31,115 bases of DNA from Candidatus Lloydbacteria bacterium RIFCSPHIGHO2_02_FULL_50_18 (GTDB taxonomy: Bacteria; Patescibacteriota; Minisyncoccia; Phycocordibacterales; UBA6899). The position numbers and the translations under genes are program-made. The stretch is from positions 1 through 31,115 of the forward strand of contig MHLM01000008.1 in the NCBI GenBank assembly GCA_001821395.1, read 5' to 3'. The notes beneath the pieces were generated by a model. That model made no database searches. It was not told where the DNA came from and was given only the letters and a program-made list of their open reading frames with translations. Position 1 is the stretch's first letter, and every line of letters begins with the position of its first letter. Shown here piece by piece: positions 7,597 to 14,567 of this stretch.

Positions 7597-8730
7597 TCAG
7601 CGAGACATATCAACTTCATACAAGAACTGAGTCCCGGCAACAAGTCCTCGGTTGTACGAAGTACTCTGCACAAAGACGTCAAACTCCGCGAGATAGACGG
7701 GCTTCACCTTCGCACTGACGCCGACCCCAAGGCCAATCATCGAGCGTGCGGTTTCGCCGGTATACATATCCCCCGTCGTTTTGTCGCGCAAGACCACTTC
7801 TTTGTAATCCTGGATGAGTTCGGGCTTCGTGAATTGATAGAAGCCGCGCCCCGTCTTGAAGATGAGGTCATTGGCCAGCACGAAGTCCTTGATCGCGATC
7901 TTTCCGCCTGAAGTACTCTTGTCGACCGACAGTATCTGAAAGCGGCCGGGCGGCACAGCATCGAGCGACTTCGGCGCGCGAACAAATCGTTCGGAGATCG
8001 GACGATGTGACAGCTTCGCAAGATTTTCATCGAACGAGCGGGTCATTCGGCCGGACTCAGACACTTCCTGCTCAAAGCGTGACAATTGTTCCGGATCACC
8101 CTGCTTGAGGCAGATCGCCATCAACAGGTCGGTGACCTCCGAAAATTGATCAAGCGTCAAATGGTAACCGCCGGTGCGCTCCGCAAGCTCGCGATAAAAG
8201 GGCGTCGCATAGGGCTTGCTCAGGCACTGGATGGAATAGACCGCGACACCCATCGACTTCAGCTTGTCGGCCTCCTTACGCCAGTCGATACCCTCGCCGT
8301 TGTGGGCAATATTTTGCCGGTCAGTAGGTGAATGCGGAATGTCGTCTGCGATGAGCACGAGCACTTTCACCGCATTGTGACTCCAATCAAGCGCCAGTGC
8401 TTCGCGCAGAACGAGTTCATAGCATTCGGGCAAGTCGCCGCCGCCGGTACTTTGCACGGTGCGCACGAACTGCACGAGATCATGGAGCGACGTCGTAAGG
8501 TCGAGATCGGTCGTCACGTAGGTATGTCCGCGGTCACAATAGTCACCACAGGCGCCGATCGACACGCGCAGGTTCGGCACCTCCTTGAACAAGCGAGTGA
8601 GACTTTCTTCGATTCGACTGCGCACCGCCCTGATGCAGGGAGACATAGACCCCGTTGTGTCAAAACGAAATGCGAGTTCAACGCGTTCTACTGCTGTTTT
8701 CAAATTACCACCTCTTTCATTTGGGAACAA
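7597..8730 (-). CDS. von Willebrand factor A (vWA) domain protein with an uncharacterised ~170-aa C-terminal domain
   Basis: MIDAS-like motif near the N-terminus (AFRFDTTGSMSP) followed by a Rossmann-like alternation of strands and helices (VLVLIADDIP). GC is higher than in surrounding genes. The plus-strand ORFs inside it look like antisense artefacts. Confidence 0.65.
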   Translation of the reverse strand: MFPNERGGNLKTAVERVELAFRFDTTGSMSPCIRAVRSRIEESLTRLFKEVPNLRVSIGACGDYCDRGHTYVTTDLDLTTSLHDLVQFVRTVQSTGGGDLPECYELVLREALALDWSHNAVKVLVLIADDIPHSPTDRQNIAHNGEGIDWRKEADKLKSMGVAVYSIQCLSKPYATPFYRELAERTGGYHLTLDQFSEVTDLLMAICLKQGDPEQLSRFEQEVSESGRMTRSFDENLAKLSHRPISERFVRAPKSLDAVPPGRFQILSVDKSTSGGKIAIKDFVLANDLIFKTGRGFYQFTKPELIQDYKEVVLRDKTTGDMYTGETARSMIGLGVGVSAKVKPVYLAEFDVFVQSTSYNRGLVAGTQFLYEVDMSR

Positions 8731-9148
8731 AAACTCAATTCAGGATATATCCTAAATTGAGTGCCAAGTACGATGTTAAACTAGAACTGAACAATGTCAA
8801 GAATCCCGATCACGTCAGTCGCTCTCATTGACCACAATCCCCGGCACGATGACTAAGGTTGCGGTGGCGTTTATTCATCTTCAAGGACAACGTGAACACG
8901 ATCGCCTCGATTCGGCTCTGGAGTGAGCAAATGAGATCTTTACCGTGCTCAACGCATCCTTAATCTTCTTTGCGAGTCGGTCCGCAAGTTGGTTTTCGGC
9001 TGTCGTGACACGCAGTCCATTCGTCGTGTCTTCAATACTAAGGATCCTATCCTGGGGATCCTCGGCGATAGCGCGCTCTCCAAATCAATAAATACACACT
9101 TGCTATATTTTGTAGCAGGAGTTGTCCAAGCGTGTGTTCACACTACTA

Positions 9149-9706
9149 CTATGAGACGATGTCCTCTTGAAGGAGGGGTATCGAAGCAAGTATCGTATAG
9201 CCGACTCCCCCTTGTTCAGGTGACAAAAAAAGCTGCACAGCATCGACGGTCATACTGAATTCGACGCGCTGCGCTATGTGGTGCGGCATGGATCGCTCTT
9301 GATCGTCTTTAGCACATCGGGCAATAGTGATATGGGGAATGAATGGCCGATGTTCCGGTATATCAAAAGCATCTGCAAGTATTCGCTCCAATGCAACGAG
9401 CTCGGGACTTGCCGCACATTCAATCCAGAGCAGTTTCGGACTATCATTATTCGGGCCACAGGCAAGACGATCGAGAGTAAGTGAAAACGGTTTTGTATTA
9501 CGAAGAGCGTCTTGCAACCGTTGAATGACCGCCCTTTCATCTGTGGTATTCCATGGGGTAACGAGCGTGAGGTGCATGTCCTCGGAAGGTATGAGCCGCA
9601 CATGCTCTCCCGCGACACAGGACTGCAATGCCGCACAATACTCCGCAAGAGGAGTGGAAACCTTGATACCCACGAATACACGCTTTGATAGTTTTTCGGT
9701 GTCCAT
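9149..9706 (-). CDS. 2H-phosphoesterase superfamily protein (RNA 2',3'-cyclic phosphodiesterase / 2'-5' RNA ligase LigT/ThpR-like)
   Basis: Two H-x-T/S-x motifs at the expected spacing (HLTLV and HITIAR) in a 185-aa protein. The overlapping 193-aa ORF 9274-9855 in another frame is Cys/Ser/Arg-rich and looks non-coding. Confidence 0.7.
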   Translation of the reverse strand: MDTEKLSKRVFVGIKVSTPLAEYCAALQSCVAGEHVRLIPSEDMHLTLVTPWNTTDERAVIQRLQDALRNTKPFSLTLDRLACGPNNDSPKLLWIECAASPELVALERILADAFDIPEHRPFIPHITIARCAKDDQERSMPHHIAQRVEFSMTVDAVQLFLSPEQGGVGYTILASIPLLQEDIVS

Positions 9707-9845
9707 ATATCTCTATGATAGCAGAGAATATATTTGTATTCTATTCGACTCTTTGCTGCTTTCGAGCGAAGCGATGTTTTTATGCTGCGCAATAAAGAAC
9801 TCGCCCATGGAGGCGAGTTGCACGAGTAAAAACACAATTCTTGCT

Positions 9846-10196
9846 TCAATTCCATTCCTCTGTAGACACATCAAAATGAGTTATTGCGGTCTTTTCAGTA
9901 AGCCCACTTTCTACAAAAAATTTTTTGTAGTACTCAAGTCCAAGCGTCATTGCCGAAAATTCCGTTTCAGCATCCACTCGATATATCACCTTGGTAGCCG
10001 AACCGGTAACGGTAATGAGTGATCCATGAAATCTAAAAAATCGAGGGAATACGATGGAATCTGGTTTGACCGAACAATGGCTAAGCGGCTCGATGAAATC
10101 GCTAAACTTATACTGCTCAAGCAATTCTGGTTCACAACCGAGACGACTCTGAATAACAAGAGTGACCTTCCACTCACGGAATTGGGGAGAAGACAT
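9846..10196 (-). CDS. Hypothetical protein (116 aa), immediately upstream of the 2H-phosphoesterase gene
   Basis: Strong SD (AAGGAG 6 nt before the ATG) on the minus strand. Composition is protein-like. The overlapping ORFs in other frames lack a comparable RBS. Confidence 0.5.
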   Translation of the reverse strand: MSSPQFREWKVTLVIQSRLGCEPELLEQYKFSDFIEPLSHCSVKPDSIVFPRFFRFHGSLITVTGSATKVIYRVDAETEFSAMTLGLEYYKKFFVESGLTEKTAITHFDVSTEEWN

Positions 10197-10487
10197 GATG
10201 AGCTCCTTAAGTAGATGTTAAAGAAAAAGGCGTGAACACAAAGGTCCTCTTTCATATTGGCATTAATCTCATACCTGTCAAGCAACGAATCGTTCACAGG
10301 GTATCTTCGAGATTGCTGTGTATGCCACACCCCTTCATCTTAAACCCCGGGGTGATGCAGAGGTATTGAAACAATGCAATACAAAAACCCGATGCATTGC
10401 ATCAGACTTTAAATTATTTGTGAGCCTCGAGGCAGCGGATTGGAACCTGTTGATACGGGAGCTTAAAGATTGGGCGGGGTTGGGGGG

Positions 10488-10515
10488 TTGACAAAACAGT
10501 ATGCCAGTGTATGAT
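10488..10515 (+). promoter_or_regulatory. Sigma70-like promoter (TTGACA-16-TATGAT), copy 1 of a repeated GGTTGACAAAACAG promoter module
   Basis: ggggGGTTGACAaaacagtatgccagtgTATGATact. The same -35 module recurs at 11077. Confidence 0.5.
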
Positions 10516-10566
10516 ACTATACAGTTTGCAGAGTTTCCAATCAGTTCCCATTAACAGGAGATGTAA

Positions 10567-10920
10567 ATGCTTAGTCGCTATCTCGCCCTCACCATCGCCG
10601 TTGGAGCGTCCATCCTCACCACCTCGGTCAGCGCAGGAAGTTCGACAAATAACGATGCTGGGGATCGCAGTTCGCCATATTCCGCAGACCTCATCTTCAA
10701 GATCAATGATGCGCATGTCACGTATCGCACCGACGGACACATGCTTGTGTGCATTAATAAGAAGAAAAAAGGGACGGAGTCGTGCGATGACTCGAGTGGC
10801 AAATTGACACTGGAAGAATTCTGGAAATTGTATTTTCCAGATGCTCCTAGTACGTTGCGCGTAGTCGCAATGGATTACAGGACGTACTACTCGACCTACA
10901 TCTTCTGGCTCAAGCGATAG
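10567..10920 (+). CDS. Small secreted protein (117 aa) with signal peptide
   Basis: RBS aacAGGAGatgtaaATG. Signal-like N-terminus MLSRYLALTIAVGASILTTSVSAGS. Two Cys. Confidence 0.6.
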   Translation: MLSRYLALTIAVGASILTTSVSAGSSTNNDAGDRSSPYSADLIFKINDAHVTYRTDGHMLVCINKKKKGTESCDDSSGKLTLEEFWKLYFPDAPSTLRVVAMDYRTYYSTYIFWLKR

Positions 10921-10942
10921 CCACACATTCACCCATCGAACG

Positions 10943-10977
10943 AACCAGCCTCTAAAACGGCTGGTTCATTTTTATTT
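10943..10977 (+). terminator. Rho-independent terminator followed by the ATTTGTGAC boundary motif
   Basis: gaaccagcc-tctaaaac-ggctggttc hairpin followed by atttttatttgtgaccc. Confidence 0.6.
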
Positions 10978-11078
10978 GTGACCCTAACGGGAAGAATTTG
11001 GAATCAGGTGTATGGGGAGATGATTTTGGTTGAGAGGTGGGATGTTACACTTACTTGTTGAACCCAGAATTGGGGAGG

Positions 11079-11109
11079 TTGACAAAACAGTTCACTTTTT
11101 ATTAAATAA
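11079..11109 (+). promoter_or_regulatory. Sigma70-like promoter, copy 2 of the GGTTGACAAAACAG module
   Basis: gggGAGGTTGACAaaacagttcactttttatTAAATAat. The -10 assignment is ambiguous (TATTAA or TAAATA). Confidence 0.4.
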
Positions 11110-11140
11110 TCTCAGATTGCGATTCATGCGGGAGATAGGA

Positions 11141-11296
11141 ATGAAGACGTACATTATCATCGGTGCAGTGTTCGGCCTTGTTGGAGTGACCGCACGCTTG
11201 CTAGGTGTCCATTTGAATTCTTGGATGTGGGGGGTGGGGGTAGGGTTTGCGGCAGCCCTGATTGTTGGTTACATCAAAAACAGAAAAAAGGGATAG
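11141..11296 (+). CDS. 51-aa hydrophobic two-helix peptide with basic C-terminus (small membrane protein; type I toxin-like architecture)
   Basis: Internal ATG of the 88-aa track ORF with RBS gGGAGataggaATG. Sequence is MKTYIIIGAVFGLVGVTARLLGVHLNSWMWGVGVGFAAALIVGYIKNRKKG. The upstream part of the track ORF is promoter sequence. Confidence 0.5.
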   Translation: MKTYIIIGAVFGLVGVTARLLGVHLNSWMWGVGVGFAAALIVGYIKNRKKG

Positions 11297-12346
11297 GTGC
11301 ACAATCGTCAGTGATGGCGATTTTTTATTTGTGACTCTACAGAGAATTTCGCTCCCTACTGGAGCAGTGCGCCTTTGCGATTTACTCTGAATAAGAATTC
11401 TTCGTAAATAACACAAAGCCCTTCGATTCTCTGGCGAAAAGCAAGCAGTTGCTTTTCTTAAGGTCACAGACAAAAATGGCCACGCTTTCGCATGACTCAT
11501 TTTTGTTGCTGTGACCTTACAGAGAATCGGGGTCAACTCACATCAATATTTTATTCGTGCGGACACTCCAAAATATTGTGTGGTTCCTCCCCGGACTCGG
11601 CAACGCCCATCGACAGGCTCAGGGCGGCTTCGCGCCTCCGTCTTTCGATCATCTGCAAGGGCCCGGCAAATACTAAAAGCCCGATGCATTGCATCGGACT
11701 TAAAGTATTTGTGACCTTACAGAGAATCGAACTCTGATTTAAGCCTTGAGAAGGCTTCGTCCTAACCGTTAGACGATAAGGCCAATACGTAGTTGTGATA
11801 ATAACATTGAGTTCGATTCTATGGAACTCTGATTTCCGCCCTACTGGCGCAGTACACCTTTTCGATTTTTAAGAAAAAACCTGAAAAGGTCTTGTGAAGT
11901 GGGTCCCATCCCACTTCTCACCTTTCGAAGGCTTCGTCTCCCTAAAGGGACTTCCATTTTCTAAAACGGAATACCGTTAAGAAAATTTGATCGCTAACCG
12001 TTAGACGATAAGGCCAATACGTAGTTGTGATAATAACATTGAGTTCGATTCTATGGAACTCTGATTTCCTCCCTACAAACGGCAGCGAGGAGAAAAGGAA
12101 GCTCGCTTACTTTTTATCCGAGTGAACCGTTCGTATGTTTCATACAGGAGCTGTTCCCGATTGATTATCCGAGACCGTTCTCCCTGCCTGCGCAGGCAGG
12201 CGATAAGGCCAATGGACAGACAGCACTTTTAATCGAACTTCAAAAGAATAGCGAATTTGAGCCTATTTGTCTACCTCAAGGTTGACAATATTGAATATTC
12301 GTGTAGAATGGGAAATGAAGCAAGTCTTCGTATAAGGAGTTAGTTA
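11297..12346. repeat. ~1 kb ORF-free mosaic repeat region (modular direct and inverted repeats, many hairpins); candidate structured-RNA array or decayed cassette/MITE cluster
   Basis: There are three copies of ATTTGTGAC(C/T)(C/T)TACAGAGAAT at 11328, 11507 and 11709. A 76-bp perfect direct repeat occurs at 11762-11837 and 11994-12069. An inverted repeat pairs 11458-11478 with 11498-11519. There is a perfect 18-bp palindrome cctgcctgcgcaggcagg at about 12183-12200. A third partial copy gcgataaggccaat sits at 12199. Hairpin CTCC-CTACT-GGAG co-varies with CGCC-CTACT-GGCG. Confidence 0.7.
12279..12306 (+). promoter_or_regulatory. Strong sigma70-like promoter (TTGACA-16-TAGAAT)
   Basis: aagGTTGACAatattgaatattcgtgTAGAATggg, 40 nt upstream of the ATG at 12347. 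Confidence 0.55.
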
Positions 12347-12676
12347 ATGAAAAAAACACATCAACCCCGTTGGGAAGATGAATTTCGTGCACTCGTGCAC
12401 GAAGAGATAAAGAGAGAGATTACCGGTCAGAAAAAGCTGAATTCAGCTATCATCTGGTCAAGGAACCCTCTTTCTTTTGTTGATTCGGAGTCGAATAAAA
12501 AACTTCATGATTGCTGGAAATTCTTTCCTGATTGGCTGAAGAGGTATGACAGTACTTCGAGGAAGGGGTCGCTCGGTAGGTCGTGGGGGGCTCTTGTTGG
12601 CAGTACAAAGAAAAAAATTGCACTGGCATTCAAGAATCACTCTTCTCGACAACTGGGCGCAACGCCAAGAAAATAA
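12347..12676 (+). CDS. Hypothetical basic cytoplasmic protein (109 aa)
   Basis: Excellent RBS (tAAGGAGttagttaATG). No TM segment and no recognisable domain. Confidence 0.55.
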   Translation: MKKTHQPRWEDEFRALVHEEIKREITGQKKLNSAIIWSRNPLSFVDSESNKKLHDCWKFFPDWLKRYDSTSRKGSLGRSWGALVGSTKKKIALAFKNHSSRQLGATPRK

Positions 12677-12710
12677 ATTCGTTCTTTTCACAACATACAT
12701 AGGAGCCATA

Positions 12711-13151
12711 TTGAAATCAGCTGATAGTAAGACGCAGGCACACCCACGCAAGAAAGATCGCGAGACCTGTCTTCCGGAAAACTTTCCGCAGATCACCGCT
12801 CACGACGTGATCGACCGCACAAAGGTCTTCATTCTCGTCGTGCGCGGATTCGTCGGCGCACAGATCTTGATCGGGCCGTTTCAGGTCATCGGATCGCCAA
12901 AGCTGATCGCACACATGCCCCCATTTTGCGGGCACTACCGATTACGCGTGAGGATGATTGCTACCGATACGGAACAGTGCATCGTCGTGCCGACGGACGG
13001 ATTCGCGCAGATCTATGGAATGCAATACAGCCTGCACGAGTATCTCCCTCAAGCGAAAAAATATTTCGAACAATTCGACGCGAACGCGATCGCACTCGCG
13101 TCGATATTTCATTCTCAAGAGGCACGGAATAAGAACAAATATCTCAAATAA
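12711..13151 (+). CDS. Hypothetical protein (~146 aa) probably starting at TTG; second gene of a two-gene operon
   Basis: AGGAG sits 5 nt upstream of an in-frame TTG at 12711, directly after the stop of the preceding gene. The alternative ATG at 12546 would overlap that gene by 130 nt and adds an R/G-rich, non-protein-like N-terminus. Confidence 0.45.
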   Translation: MKSADSKTQAHPRKKDRETCLPENFPQITAHDVIDRTKVFILVVRGFVGAQILIGPFQVIGSPKLIAHMPPFCGHYRLRVRMIATDTEQCIVVPTDGFAQIYGMQYSLHEYLPQAKKYFEQFDANAIALASIFHSQEARNKNKYLK

Positions 13152-13162
13152 ATAGCTTATGC

Positions 13163-13192
13163 ATACCGCCTCTCACGAGGCGGTTTTTTTAT
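13163..13192 (+). terminator. Rho-independent terminator
   Basis: ccgcctc-tcac-gaggcgg hairpin followed by ttttttt. Confidence 0.65.
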
Positions 13193-13199
13193 CTCAATA

Positions 13200-14552
13200 C
13201 TATCGCTGTGTCCATTCGTCCTCCTGGCGAACAAGCTTCGATCTTGCTTCTTCAGGATGCGCCATGAGCACCTTTACTGCGCGCTCCATGCGGATTATAT
13301 TTTCTCCGCCCCCCTGCGAACCCTTTGCTAGGATGACATCGCCGCGTTCAAGTATCGAGAGCATAAATTCCCCTGCTTCGTCGGAAGTCGCAAATTCATG
13401 AATACAGCCTTGGGGCAGACCCGATGACTTTGCCGCTTCGGCGATCCATCGCGCGCGCTTCCCGACGGTGACGAGCTCATCAACAAATGCTCCTGCAAGA
13501 CGCCCCGCCTTCCAGTGTTCCTCCTCGGAATACGTTCCGAGCTCAAGCATGTCGCCGAGCATGGCGATCCTCCTTTTTCCCGTAATGTCACGCAGAGCGG
13601 CAAGTGCGGCCGATAGAGCAATAGGTGAAGAGTTGTAAGTATCATCAATGATAGTTGACCCGTTCTTGCCCTCAATCACGCGCATGCGACCCGGTGGTGT
13701 TTCAAGGTGAAAGAGCGCTTCGGTCATGCGGAAAAATGAGAGCCCGCGCGCGATACCAACCGCAAGCGCGGCAAGTGCCGCGGTGCAGGACTGAACGCCC
13801 AAAACACCGTTCAAATAGACAGGAAATGTTTCATCCTCCCAGGTGACATCAAACTGCATGCCGACCGGAGCATCAACACCCTCGTTCTTCGCATAGCGTA
13901 CCTTCGGAGACAAACCCTGAAGTTTTGCGCGCCTCCCAAAGCCGTAGGTGAGCGAGCGCAGTTTGCGCTTGTCGGTCTCGTCGGTGAGGAGGTATGCGTG
14001 TTCGTCATCTGCGTTCGCAATGTACACGCCACCCTCACGTAATGCCTGGGTGACGAGGGCGTCTTCTCTTCTGATGGACTCGGGTGATTCAAAATTCTCG
14101 ACGTGCACAGGCACTTGTGGGAGACAGGTCACAACGGCGATATCCGGCGTCAACCACTTCATGAGCCGCGCAATGTCGCCGGGATGATCGGAACCGACTT
14201 CGAGCACAAGAAGTTTGGGGTAGGATTGCGCTCGAGGAACACGAAAGCCGAGCCAGATGTTCTTGAGCCACGCGAGCGGACTACTCCAGGCATTCTCAAG
14301 CCCGAGTATCGTGAGCGGCACACCGATCTCGCTGTTGAAACTTTTTTCGCTCTTGCGCGTTGCGATGCTGTCTTTAAGTACGTGATAGACAGCGTCCTTA
14401 GTGGTCGTCTTCCCTACCGAACCCGAAACGAGCACGATGAACGGCCGCCACGTTTTGAGTACGCGCCTTGCTTCCCAGGTGAGGATAAAGACAATGACGG
14501 TTTTGAAAAATGTACGCATGATGATCTCTTGTTTGTACCGCAAAATCTGCAT
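13200..14552 (-). CDS. murF: UDP-N-acetylmuramoyl-tripeptide--D-alanyl-D-alanine ligase (Mur ligase family, MurF-like)
   Basis: P-loop VSGSVGKTTTKD and an IIDDTYNSSP motif, at the head of a dcw cluster. The true start may be the internal MRTFF (aa 12). Confidence 0.75.
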   Translation of the reverse strand: MQILRYKQEIIMRTFFKTVIVFILTWEARRVLKTWRPFIVLVSGSVGKTTTKDAVYHVLKDSIATRKSEKSFNSEIGVPLTILGLENAWSSPLAWLKNIWLGFRVPRAQSYPKLLVLEVGSDHPGDIARLMKWLTPDIAVVTCLPQVPVHVENFESPESIRREDALVTQALREGGVYIANADDEHAYLLTDETDKRKLRSLTYGFGRRAKLQGLSPKVRYAKNEGVDAPVGMQFDVTWEDETFPVYLNGVLGVQSCTAALAALAVGIARGLSFFRMTEALFHLETPPGRMRVIEGKNGSTIIDDTYNSSPIALSAALAALRDITGKRRIAMLGDMLELGTYSEEEHWKAGRLAGAFVDELVTVGKRARWIAEAAKSSGLPQGCIHEFATSDEAGEFMLSILERGDVILAKGSQGGGENIIRMERAVKVLMAHPEEARSKLVRQEDEWTQR

Positions 14553-14567
14553 TCCGACAATCCGATG

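Noticed and set aside
8086-8760. Plus-strand ORFs (81 aa and 142 aa) inside the vWA gene, and similar antisense ORFs inside murF/ftsI (14103-14801), mreB (25045-25506) and frr (30293-30991)
   Set aside because: They are typical antisense open frames of GC-richer genes. Their composition is Arg/His/Cys-rich, they have no RBS, and they are fully contained in strongly supported genes on the opposite strand.
9274-9855. 193-aa minus-strand ORF overlapping the 2H-phosphoesterase gene
   Set aside because: It lies in a different frame of the same region and has Cys/Ser/Arg-rich low-complexity composition. The 185-aa frame carries the two HxTx catalytic motifs.
11800-11830. tRNA-like T-arm (gagTTCGATTCtatggaactc) occurring twice
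   Set aside because: The stem/loop sizes do not fit a T-arm (5-bp stem, 7-nt loop, then an acceptor 3' strand). No matching acceptor, D or anticodon arms can be drawn. It is part of the 76-bp direct repeat.
11297-12346. Possible CRISPR array, given the recurring about 21-nt motif ATTTGTGACCTTACAGAGAAT
   Set aside because: The repeat spacing is about 180-200 bp rather than 25-50 bp, the copies are imperfect, and there are other interleaved repeat families. There is no cas gene in the window. The geometry is wrong for CRISPR.
12546-13151. 201-aa version of the last islet gene starting at ATG 12546
   Set aside because: It would overlap the preceding well-supported gene by 130 nt, and its N-terminal 55 aa are Arg/Gly-rich and non-protein-like. 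An in-frame TTG at 12711 with AGGAG 5 nt upstream sits right after the upstream stop.
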